Position numbers and translations under genes: made by a program
In this document: piece by piece, positions 1-10,721 of the stretch
How positions within the stretch are numbered: the first letter of the stretch is position 1
How the letters are laid out: each line of letters starts with the position of its first letter
Assembly: GCF_009834535.1 (NCBI RefSeq)
Contig: NC_045697.1
Location: forward strand, 102,860,001 to 102,924,000
Direction: 5' to 3'
From: Camelus ferus
Lineage: Eukaryota
Length of the DNA: 64,000 bases
Notes under the pieces: generated by a model
Seen by the model: only the letters and a program-made list of their open reading frames with translations
What the model was told of the DNA's origin: nothing
Databases searched by the model: none

Positions 1-888
1 ATTTTTGGGGGGGGAAGTTCAGAAAATTTTTTTCCTGAAATTTTGTTAATCCGAAATGTTAAAGGACTTCCAAAAAGATTTTCTGATGTTATTTCAACAA
101 ATGACTTTCTTCATCACCAATTCACATTCTCCTTCAGCTGCGACGTTGGCACTGCTGACTACCTCCTCATTTTGAAACTCTCCTGGGCTTGGGGGATGAA
201 CTGAGTAAGTTCTAAACCCCAGAGCTCAGACTGTAGCCCTGACACCCTGTCACAAGTGTGATTGGAGACATCAGACTATGGTTTAGATTCTTACAGCAGC
301 TGTCACTTCCTTGTGAGGTAAGCCCATGGACATGCCCAGGCTGGACAGACTAAAAACCTCACAATAGACTGAGACTCAACACTAAGGGCTACTCAGAGTC
401 CATCATCCCTGCAAATAAACCCCCACGTATTTCCAGCCTTGTACCCCTCCTTCCACTACCACCTCTCAATCCCCACCTGGACCGAAACAAACTCACAAAG
501 TCGCCTTACAAGGAATTTACTTTAGGTCCACAGTGTGGGATTGTGAACTCTTTGTAGGCTTGTAGAATTTAAGATGATTTTCTGTTTCCCAAGGGTTTAA
601 GAGTGTATCTGGTTTGCATATTCAGGTTAGCAATTCAATAAATATTCGTTAAATATTTTCACGTATTTCTAATAAACCCCTCAACAAGAAAGATATTTAG
701 AATGAAAATTTATAATTATGGAACCTGTAGTTGAGACCTAAATATTTGGCCAAGACTATGTGTCAGGTTATACATCATATTTTTCCTTATAAACAAAGAA
801 TTGAAGGTAATCTAAATGTTCCACAATAGAAAACTGATTAAAGACATTTTAATATGCACATACAATTAGAATACTATTGAGGCGTTTA

Positions 889-937
889 ATGTGTGTATGT
901 GTCTGTGTGTGTGTGTGTGTGCCCGTGTGTGTGTGTA
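889..937. repeat. Imperfect (TG)n microsatellite
   Basis: Direct reading: tgtgtgtatgtgtctgtgtgtgtg...cccgtgtgtgtgtgt. Confidence 0.9.
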
Positions 938-1029
938 TTTATCACAATTACCCAAAGAACTCCTTAAAACCACATTTAAACCAAGATGACTCACATTTTT
1001 TTCTGTTTCAAACCTTTTTTTTTTTAAGA

Positions 1030-1487
1030 GATTGGTACATTTAGTTCAATCATAAACCCACGTTGATACATCATAATCACCCAAAGGCCATAATTTACAT
1101 GACAGTTCACTCTCAGTGCTGTACCTTCTATGGGTTCTGACCAATGGATGCTAACATGTATACATTATTATGGCATCACACAGAGTATTTTTACTGTCTT
1201 AAAATTCTCTGTGCTGTGCTTATTCGTCCCTTCTTCTGTCTCCCCATGACCTATGGTAATCACTGCTCTTTTTATTCTCTACAAAGTTACCCCCTTTCCA
1301 GAATGTTGTATAGTTGGAATCATACAGTATATAGCCGTTCCATATTGGCTTCTTTCACTTAGTCATATGCACTTAAGGTTCCCTCACATCTTTTCTTGGC
1401 TTGATAAATCACTTCTTTGTAGCTCTGAGTAATATTCCATTGTCTGTATGCACCATAGTTTATCCATTCACCTACTGAAGGTCATCA
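1030..1487 (-). mobile_element. L1MC-type LINE-1 3' UTR fragment
   Basis: Antisense L1 3' UTR motifs (gttgatacatcataatcacccaaag, agttggaatcatacagtat, taatattccattgtctg). A related copy lies at 27925-29145. Confidence 0.8.
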
Positions 1488-1499
1488 AGATGACTGATT

Positions 1500-1640
1500 T
1501 TGAAGGGAGAGGGTGGGATAGATAAATCAAAGATTAGACTATGAGATAATTATTGTTGAAATTAGCTGATGTGTATTTGAGTGTTTATTATACTATTTCT
1601 TCCACTTTGTACATATTTGAAAATTTTCTATGATAAAAAA
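1500..1640 (+). mobile_element. Old L1M 3' end fragment
   Basis: attgttgaa...tttattatactatttc...tttgaaaattttctatgataaaaaa resembles an L1ME 3' terminus. Confidence 0.6.
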
Positions 1641-1649
1641 GCTTAGGTT

Positions 1650-1770
1650 TTTGAATCCCACTCCAAGTTTCTTGAATCAGAATAACAAGGGGTAGGGCAG
1701 AGGAATCTGAGGTTTAAAAGTCTCCCCAGGTGGTTCTGAAGATCAGCCAGCATTTCTGGGAACATCTGAA
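1650..1770. mobile_element. MER5-like hAT-Charlie DNA transposon fragment
   Basis: tgaatcagaa...ggggtagggcagaggaatctg...tttaaaagtctccccaggtggttctga resembles the MER5A/B core. Confidence 0.7.
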
Positions 1771-1956
1771 CATTGAGATGGCAGCACGGGGGCAGGGCAT
1801 ATCATCTAAGAAAAGGAAATCATGGGTTTTTTAATTAATGTGAGAGTAGGAAATAGATACCTGACCTTTATTCCAGGTCCATAATCCCTGTTCTAGATCA
1901 TCACAAAAAATTCTTCAAGATTGCAATCTTTATGATACACTCATTGTTTTATACAA

Positions 1957-2372
1957 CAGGCATACCCCGGAGATACTGTGGGTTGGTTCCAGACCATTAC
2001 CGTAAAACAAGTCACACGCATTTTTTCATTTCCCAGTGCATATAAAGTTACGTTTACACTATACTATCGTTTATCAAGTTGTGCAATAGCATTATGTCTA
2101 AAAAAACAATGTACATATCTGAGTTAAAAATACTTTATTGCTAAGAAAGTGCTAACCATCATCTGAGCCTTCAGCCAGTAGTAATCTTTTTTTCTGGAGG
2201 GTCATGCCTCAAATATGTTTGAAATACGGTGAGAATTCTGAAAATATGACACAGAGACATGAAGTGATTAAATACCTTTGGAAAAATGGCACCTAAAGAC
2301 TTGCTTAACACAGGGTTGACCCAAATTTTCGATTTATAAAAAACATAATATTTGCAAAATGCAATAAAGCAG

Positions 2373-2417
<45 letters not shown>

Positions 2418-2432
2418 ACCAAGTTGTGCTTT
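1957..2432 (-). mobile_element. Internally deleted Tigger1 derivative (Tigger1a-like, non-autonomous)
   Basis: Starts with the terminal inverted repeat (TIR) caggcatacc.cggagatactgtgggtt. The two Tigger1 ends are fused near 2211. A degenerate second TIR lies at about 2419-2432. Confidence 0.85.
2375..2412. repeat. (CA)19 microsatellite
   Basis: Perfect CA run read directly. Confidence 0.97.
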
Positions 2433-2644
2433 TAGTATCTTTGGACAAAGACATATTAAGATAAAATTTTATTGCTTAAGAGGATTGCAACATAAAACAC
2501 CAAAATTTTTAAATTAAACTAAGACTACACAATAAGACTTTGTTAATAAAAACACAAAAATGTACCATCAACATTGAAACTAACATAGGTACTGAACATA
2601 CTATGAAGAGCAATGTAAAAGTTACGTGAAATGATTTTAATGAA

Positions 2645-3638
2645 TCTATTGAGAATGCAATTGACACACAATAAAATGTACATTTTACACTGCACACTTT
2701 GATAAGTCTTGATACACGTATGTATCTATGACACCATCACCACAATCAACATAATAAACATATTCATTACCCCTCTAATTTTCTTATTCTCCTTTGTAAT
2801 CTCTTTACCTCACCCTCACCCCCTCTCCAATCCTCAACTCTCCACGTAAGTACTGATCTGTTTTCTGTAACTAAACTTAATACATGTGTTTACATAAACT
2901 GTATTATAGCTAGGGCTGCTATAATACAATACCACTGCCTGGGTGGCTGAACAACAGAAATTTATTTTATCACAATTCCAGAGGGTTAGAAGTTCGAGAC
3001 CAAAGTGTCTGCTCACAGTTGACTTCTCTGAGGACTCTCTCCTTGGCTTGTAGATGACCATCTTCTCCCTGTGACCACATGTGGTCTTCTCTGTGTGCCC
3101 ATCTGAGTAGAAATGTTCCCATCTTAAAGGGGTGCCAGTTAGATTGGATTAGAGCTCACCCTGATGACCTCATTTTAGTTTAATTATCCCTTTCAAACAC
3201 TATCTCCAAAACCAGTTATATTCTGAGGTACTGAGGATTAAGACTTCAACAAATAATTTTGGGGGGGATACAATTCATTTCATAACAGAAACTGTAGATT
3301 AATTTGCATTTTCTAGAGTTTTATATGAATGGAACGCTTTCAAAATAAACTCTTTTTTTGTCTGACTTTGTTCACTAAGCATATTTATTTTGAGACTAAT
3401 TCATTCATGTATCAATAGTTCATTTCTCTTCATTCCTAAGTAATATTTAACTGTCTAGACACACTGCACACTGTTTGTCCTTTCACCTGTTAATGGAAAT
3501 TTGGGTTATTTCCAGTTTTAGACTATTAAAAATAAAGCGGCTATGAACCCTTTATTTCTCTTGGGCAAATTACCTAGGAGTACAATGGCTGGTTCATTTG
3601 GTGGGTGTGTGTATAACTTTATAAAAAAAAAATGCCTC
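2645..3638 (-). mobile_element. Old L1M (L1MB/ME-type) 3' region, interrupted by an MLT1 LTR
   Basis: Antisense L1 3' end (tattgag...caattgacacacaataaaatgtac...ccatcaccacaatcaa). It resumes after 3292 with tagattaatttgcattttctagag. Confidence 0.8.
2900..3287 (-). mobile_element. MaLR solo LTR (MLT1B-like)
   Basis: TG...CA ends; ctagggctgctataa...aacaacagaaatttatt...ggggatacaattca.t.cataaca; flanks taaac/gaaac (4/5 TSD match). Confidence 0.85.
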
Positions 3639-4055
3639 TGATACTGGGATTTATAATACAAAATATATATTTGGTCTTTGTTTCTCTCAGTTCCTGGTAC
3701 AGAGCTCCTAAACTCTTGAAATTTCCTAAGTGAAGGGCGTGGTAGAGGTGGCTTTGTTAATAGGCAGCATTTTCGGAAAACCCCAAGGTAACCTAAGGAT
3801 GGGCTGGTTGCCTGGGGAACCAATGATGAATAAAGGGTTGGAAATTTCAGTCCTACCCCAGCTTCCTGGGAGGAGAGAGGGCTGAAGATTGGCCGATGAT
3901 TTAATCAATCATGCCTAAGCAATGAAGCCTCCATAAAATCCCAAAAGGACAAGGTTTGGAGAGCTTCTGGATTGGTTAACATATGGAGATTGAGGAGAGT
4001 GAAGCATTCAGAGCAGGTGGAAGCTTGAAGCCCCTTTGCCCATACCTTGCTCTTT
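3639..4055 (+). mobile_element. ERVL MER21-like LTR, 3' truncated
   Basis: tatttggtctttg...ttcctggtacagagctcctaaac...gggttggaaatttcagtc...atgatttaatcaatcatgcct...aatgaagcctccataaaa. Confidence 0.8.
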
Positions 4056-4290
4056 GCAAGACTGTCCTTGGGTTCCCTTTTTCTATACCATGGCCTAGAA
4101 CTTCTCTCCAGACATTAAGTTGGGGTAACTGGAGAACTCACAGCATCTGTTTCCTATCTTTCAGTGATTACCGTCCTTTGTTTTCTAATGTCCATTGTCT
4201 TGAAAACCATTGTTTCATATATTTTGTCTGGATTTGGGGTTATTTCAGGAGGGACAGTAATTCTCTTAAATGGAATAACAGAAGTCTGAA
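4056..4290 (-). mobile_element. Old L1M 5' region fragment
   Basis: tgtcttgaaaaccattgtttcatatattttgtctgg...ttcaggagggacagtaa resembles the antisense L1MD-type 5' end. Confidence 0.5.
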
Positions 4291-4824
4291 GTAATAATTT
4301 GAAAACAAATACAGAACAAAACATGAGTGTTTTTATAGATTTTCCAATTATGGCCACAAAATGTCTATATTTCCCTGATTTTTGACTCCAAGGCTGCTGT
4401 ATTATCTTGGCTCCTACTGGAGAATCTCTGATCCCAGTCACCTCTGTATCTTTCTCTCTCATGTCTTGTTGAGATACTCAATCTCTTTCAGAAAATGCCC
4501 TGTGCCTCCCCAACCATGTGGCAATGGACAACCACGAGTTGATATATACAAAGATTGTTCTTCATAAATGTTCTAATTTTGAGAAACAGTCTCATTACTT
4601 TTATATGCTAATCTATGTTTGTTAATCTGATTGTGTGAATATACTTTTAGGTGAAGATTTGTTCAGCAAGCCTTTGCCGTGGCCAAATTTACAAGTTACA
4701 CAAATACAAGAGTACTGTCAGTTTAAACAACGGTTGATAACAGAATTGCAAAAGGAGAGAAAAGTTTTTCTAAAAATAAAGGAAGTACACATATGACATA
4801 CACACCAAAGATACCTTTTCACTC

Positions 4825-6004
4825 TGAAAAAATAAAATGGAATCCACTAGAAAACTTTTAAGAATTAATAGACAAGTTCAGCAAGTTGCAGGGTACAAGA
4901 TCAATAAAGAAAAATCAATTGTATTTCTACACACTAGTAACGAACAATCTAAGAATAACATTAAGGAAACAGTTCTATTTACAACAGCATCAAAAATAAT
5001 AAAACCTTAGTAATAAATTAACAAAAGTTCAAGAACTTGTGCAAAGCTACATTGTTTGTTGAAAGAAATCAAAAAAGACCCAAATACATGGAAAGACATC
5101 TTGTGTTCATGGATCAGAAGACACAATACTTGGCAAATTAATCTACAGATTCAACATTAATTCCTATTTATTTCTCCAAAAAGATATCCAAACGGTCAAC
5201 AAAGCTCATGAAAAAAAATGCTCTTTGTTAATCATGAGTATCTAAATCAAAGCCACAATCAGATACCACTGCATGCTCACTTGGATGGTTACAATCAAAA
5301 AGACAGACAACAAGTTTTGGTAAGGATGTGGAGACACTGGGACCCTCCTACATTTTTGAAGGGATTGTAAAATGGTGCAGCCACTTTGGAAAAAATCGTT
5401 CGGCGGTTTCTCAAAATGTTAAACATAGAGTTACCACATGATCTAGCAATTCTACTCTAAGGTGCATGTTCAAGAAAATGAAAAACACATGTCCACACAA
5501 AAGCTTGTGCACTAATGTTCATAGCAGCATTACTGATAATAGCCCAAAAGCCAAAACAACACAAATGCCCGTCCAATGATGGATGGGTAAACAAAATATG
5601 GTATATATAGCCTTTTAAGAGAATATCATTCAGCAATAAAAATAAAAGAAGTACTGATATAAAATGAATGAATCTTGAAAACATTATGCTAAGGAAATAA
5701 AAGCCTGTCACAAAAGTCCACGTGTATAATTTCATGTCTATGAACTATGAATTGTCCAAAATAAGCAAATCCATAGAGGCAGAAAGTAGATTTATGGTTG
5801 CCACAGGCTGTGGGGTGGAAAAAATGGAGAGATACTGCTAATAGGTACAGATTTTGAGGGGAGATGGAAATGTTCTAAAATCAGAATATGGTAATGGTTG
5901 CACCACTCTCTGACTATACTAAAGACCATGAAATTGTGCACTTAAAAACGGTGCAAATTTTATGGCATGTGAACTACGCTTCAATAGAGCTGTTATAAAA
6001 AAAA
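4825..6004 (+). mobile_element. L1MB-type LINE-1: decayed ORF2 pieces plus 3' UTR
   Basis: ORF2 motifs (ttcagcaagttgcagggtacaagatcaa, atggaaagacatcttgtgttcatggat), then an L1MB 3' UTR ending caatagagctgttataaaaaaaa. Confidence 0.9.
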
Positions 6005-7129
6005 TAACTAAAATGTAGTGTAAGAATTTGAAATAAACTTAAAAAGCCAAAAATGAATGCATTTTATTACTTGCCTTCAGATCTACTACAAAGTTCAGTT
6101 TTCTAAAGTGTATAACATTTTCTTCTGCCAAAATCTGCTGTTGTTTTCAGTCAGTTCAATTAGTGTCAGTTTCCTTTTCCTCAATTAGAAAAAACAGTAA
6201 AATATTTAGACTGATTAGTCTGGTGATATAATAAGCTTATCTAGTATTATTCTTCTAGGATAAATATCTGTAGCTTTACTAATAACACTTTCAGACTTCT
6301 AATTATCCATTTTTCTAAAAACCTTATCCATAGATAATCTAAGATGTAAAAGTGGAAAACAGAGTGCCAAGAAAAATGAAAACATAATGCCAGTAGAATG
6401 AGAAAAATGTAGCAGCGTGTGAACTTTCTACTTGTTTTCGTAGACTTCTTTCTTTGCAATAAACACGTTCTAGGAAAGAAGGCACTTTCATTGCTACTCC
6501 TGAGAACAGAATGAACAAGGTATTTCCCAACCCTGTGTAAAGAGTCATCACTGGCCTAGGCTATTGATCGAAGCATGGGTTTTAAGGGCCCATCAAAGTC
6601 TGTTGTGAAAGAAATTTAAGAATAGGACATTTGATTTGTGTGATTGTATAACAAAAGCATAGGGCTGAAAGCAGATGGGGAGAGGTAAGACAGGGGCTGG
6701 CGCTTGGGATATAAACATGGGGAAAAAAAGTCATAGAAAGTAGGAACCTAATGCCCAAGAAGCGCCAGATGAATGAACCAAGGATTACTGGGAGGCTTTA
6801 CTGGCCAGCCAGCTCCTCTAGCCTCCACAAAGGTAAACTCCAGGCCTCTGCATACATTGAGTCTCATGGTTATCACGCTGAGGCCCCCAACCCAACAGTA
6901 CAGAGGTTTCACCCAAAGGCTTAAATCCTGTCACGGTCCGAGCAGGGCCCTGGCCACCTACCAGAGTAACGAGGGTGCTGAACTAGGAGAGAGCACGTTC
7001 CCTGCTCCGCTGCGGCGTGCAGGGATGTCCACTCTTCCCCTCCTAAAATATGAAAAAACAAAACAAAAAAAGGAGAAAAAAAAAACTTAAATGACGTCCC
7101 TTGACTAACTTACTGGACTGATTATTTAC

Positions 7130-7599
7130 TTACAGTCTCTCAACCCCAAACTGACCCTTTTATGGCTCCTGTATTGACGCCAGGACTCGGACTTTGCAAA
7201 TTACATTTCCCAGGCTCCTTTGCCAGCCGGCTGTTAAACTCTGCCAATAGGAGGCGCTAGAGCAAGACGAGCTGCTGGGAGGAAGAGGGAGAGACTTCTT
7301 TCCTGATTTTCTTTTTTTCTGTTCCTGGATGTGTTGACCCAGCTTTCTTCAGCACTCCCAGCTCTACCATCTCCTTGGAGGTAGCCAGGCAGCATGCACT
7401 TCTCAGACACCCGATCCCCAGCTCCAGAGGGGCCCTTCCTCCAGGGAGGTGCCTGGTAATCTCAGTATCCTCCCCTCTGGTTCCCCAGACCTAGAGGCAG
7501 CTGTCGCTTCTGCTGTCAGCTTTGGGTATCTCCCGTGTTAAAATACCTGATGTTTTTCTTTTTCTTCTGTCTCTTTTTCCCTGACTGGACTCTGATACA
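7130..7599 (+). mobile_element. ERVL solo LTR (LTR33/40/41 group)
   Basis: ttcccaggctcctttgccagc...ctgccaataggaggcgctag; ends ctgactggactctgataca. Confidence 0.7.
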
Positions 7600-8235
7600 G
7601 TCCTAAGCTCTGCTAGCTGTGACATGTAAGGACATCCAACTCTTCCTTTATAAAGCTTTGGAAAGACTGAACCAAAAAGAAAAGAAAAATTGGTAAGTTT
7701 TGCTCCTTAGTTAGCTCAACTCCTATAGTCTTCCTAATTAAATTTGAATCCATCTCAGTTTGAACATCTCATGTCTGTTTTTCCACATGCTTAAATGCCA
7801 CCAATACAGCTTCCTCTAGCAGGGAATGAATTCCCATACAAAATAAACAGTTGAATTTCTTTTCCTTAGAATATATCACACATTTTATGAAAATAAAATT
7901 TACTTTAGCGGTATGTAATTTCCACTGCATCTGTAGAGCTAAAGGTCACCTAGTAATATATTTCCATGCCATCCCCCAGACCAAAGTAAAAGACGACCAA
8001 ATTCTCATCATCAGTCATCTATCCTGAACCAAAAAAGCTCTTCCAGTGGCAAGACTTTTAACCCTTCCTTTTAGATTTTCAAGTATTCTCCTATCACCTG
8101 GAGAATTTGCAGGGCCTCCTGAGGCACTGTATGCCCTCCCCCTTTCTGGCTAAGTTGCATTTGAGTATAGCAGAATAAGGCTGATGGATGGTATTTTATT
8201 TAAGATGAGTATTTAAGAAAATCCTGTAAACACTC

Positions 8236-8859
8236 TGTGCCAGTAACTCACTTACTGCCTCTCAGCTCCAAATCCAACTTGCATTGTCCGTTCTGTGGTA
8301 ACGAAGCTGGACTTTCTCCTTTGTCATTTGGCATGATGTTAATCTTTGTCAGTAGAGGCGGTTGAGAGAACACTGGAGAAAGGAGTTTCTCTTTCTGGTT
8401 GTAGTCCACTCTTCTCCCCAGGCCCCCGCAGTGGCCAGCAGCACCCAGGACCATTAGCATATGGTACCTTCCTTTGGAAAAAGCAGCTTCTCATGACACC
8501 TCTTCAGTAACTGCAGCAGAGTGCTGGAGGCAAGGTACTTCCCCATGAACGAGTTCTCCCAGCACTGTGGGGCTGATTTCCAGCAGATGTCACCAGTGTG
8601 GCACTTTGGAAACCCTGCCATCTGGAGAACAAAGGCCATGATATTTCCAGCAAGGTTTGGATGTCAGCACTCAGAGGCTCCCTCCTTGGTGCTCTGTCTC
8701 AACCTTGTGGGGAGTGACTGCTCCCTGAATCTGCTACATGTATCCTTTAGAGTTCTCTTTACTTCTTACCAGTCAACCCCTTAATACTTCTTTATACTGG
8801 ACTATCTCTATTCAGATGACTCTGTGGTTTCTCTCTCCTGATTGGACTCTGATGGTGCA
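8236..8859 (+). mobile_element. ERVL solo LTR (LTR41-like)
   Basis: tgtgccagt...tactgcctctcagctccaaatcca...ctttgtcagtagagg...tttctctctcctgattggactctga. Confidence 0.7.
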
Positions 8860-9087
8860 TACTGATTGGCTGTATTTTACCTCATTCCATCTGCTACCAA
8901 TACAAAGCTAAGTAAAGATCAAGCATATTCTAGACTAGGGATGCTCATGAATCACAACATAAATGTATATTAGAGGGGGAAGTGAAGTGTTTAAAAGGCT
9001 TGATTCATGTTAGTGTAGACTTTAAGCCTTTGTCCTGCTTCAACGAGACAATTAAAGACTCATTCAGCTTTTAGGCCTCAGCTTTAG

Positions 9088-9606
9088 TGTTGCACATCAA
9101 TTGTTTTGTCTGTCCTGCACCGCAGCCCTCTCATTTTGGAAAACGCAGTCATTTCTTTGGGGGCATCTGTTCCTCTCCTATCCCCACCCACTCTTCTAAA
9201 TGTGTGATTCTAATGGAAGCTGCCAATAACACACCCTGTTAGAGGACTGGGCTCAGAACACAAGCCAGAGACGTTGCTTAGGATTTTTCTGAATTAGAAG
9301 TTACAGAAGCAAGTCATTTCCTCTCTGGCCAAGCTGGGAAGATGTAAATTGGGAGCTAGTGGGAACTATGGGTCCAGCCTTGTGAAAAACTCAATCTAAG
9401 AAAATGAAGTTGATATATGGGGAAAAGGCAACAATAGGAGGAAAGAGGACAAAATTTGTTGGAGTTAGAGTGCTTGGGTTTTGCATTATCAGAGGCACAA
9501 ATGTGCCCAAGCCTTTCTCATAGTTTAGTTATTTGAACCAACCAATTCCTTTTTTAACTAAGCTACTTTGACTTAGGTTTCCATCACTCATAATTAAGAA
9601 TTCTAA
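9088..9606 (+). mobile_element. Old MaLR LTR (MLT1K/L-like)
   Basis: U5-like end ttttaactaagctactttgacttaggtttccatcactcataattaagaattctaa. Confidence 0.6.
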
Positions 9607-9961
9607 AGTGTTATCTATCCTGAAGACCCTGGACTACATTATTACTTGTATTCAATTCCTTCAGTGTATTTTATCTATGCTAACCATTTGCTACTTTATA
9701 ATTTTTGCCCTAACTGCCCGTATGGTATAACTTAACATTTAGCTAATAGTTCATAAGGCTATTTGTGTATATACATTAGATGGTCATCTTCACATCTTTT
9801 ACAGTGTCATGCACATGGTTTCTGATTAACTGATGGCTGGGAATTCTCTGGGACTGTAAGTGTGGTTATCTGTTTCCCGTTTGCACTCTTGTTTAACTAT
9901 ACATTACAGTAAATGTTGTCTAGGAAATGTTCAGATAGCACACTGTAATAATAGCCTCTAT

Positions 9962-10429
9962 TTATTTTTAAAATGTATACTTTTAAGATTCATATTTATT
10001 TTACTGAGATGTTGATTTGCAATATTACTTTAGTTTCAGGTGTACAACATAGTGATTCAAAATTTTTATTGATTATACTCCATTTATAGTTATTATAAAA
10101 TATTGGCTATATTCCTTGCTGTACCATATATCCTTGTAATTTATTTATTTTATACATAGTAGTTTGTAAGTCTTAATCCCCTATCTCTATCTTGGCTCTC
10201 CCCCTTCCCCTCTCCCCACTGGAAACCTCCAGTTTATTCTCCGTATCTGTGAGTTTGTTTCTTTTTTATTATATTTGCCAGTTTGTTTTATTTTTTAGAT
10301 TCCACATATAAGTGATAACATATAGTATTTGCTATCAAATGAAATTTTGCCATTTGCAGCAACGTGGATGGACCTGGGGGTATCACGTCCGTGAGATAAG
10401 TCAGACAGAGAAAGACAAATGCAGTGTGT
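9962..10429 (-). mobile_element. Cetartiodactyl-type L1 3' end with 5' inversion
   Basis: 9962-10331 is antisense 3' UTR. 10337-10429 is the adjacent upstream L1 sequence in the opposite orientation. TSD tagcctctat at 9952-9961 and 10430-10439. Confidence 0.88.
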
Positions 10430-10477
10430 TAGCCTCTATGAAGGCTCTATTATAGTTAAGAAACAACGTTTTGTTAC

Positions 10478-10615
10478 ATTATCTTATTTAATTGTAACAC
10501 TAGGAAGTATTACTATTTCCATTTTAACTACGAGAATACTGAAGTTAAATTACCTCGACAGAATTTGAACTGAGGCTTAACCGACTCCATGCTTCATCCA
10601 CTATGCTATGCAGCT
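10478..10615 (-). mobile_element. MIR SINE fragment
   Basis: tactatttccattttaact...gaatttgaactgagg...gactcca...ccactatgctatgc. Confidence 0.55.
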
Positions 10616-10659
10616 TCACCTGGAATGTACATGCACTACATTTTAAAAGAAAGACCTCT

Positions 10660-10721
10660 ATTTGACACAACATTGTAAAATGACTATAACTCGATAAAAA
10701 AAAAATGCTTAAATAAATAAA
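10660..10721 (+). mobile_element. Extremely 5'-truncated young L1 (3' terminus plus tail)
   Basis: tgacacaacattgtaaaatgactataactcgataaaaaaaa, flanked by aaaagaaagRcctct at 10645-10659 and 10723-10737, inserted at a TTTT/AAAA site. Confidence 0.85.

Noticed and set aside
195..560. Possible old LTR (also 16330-16970, 37625-38027 and 43470-44050)
   Set aside because: LTR-like texture, but I could not assign a family or boundaries with confidence.
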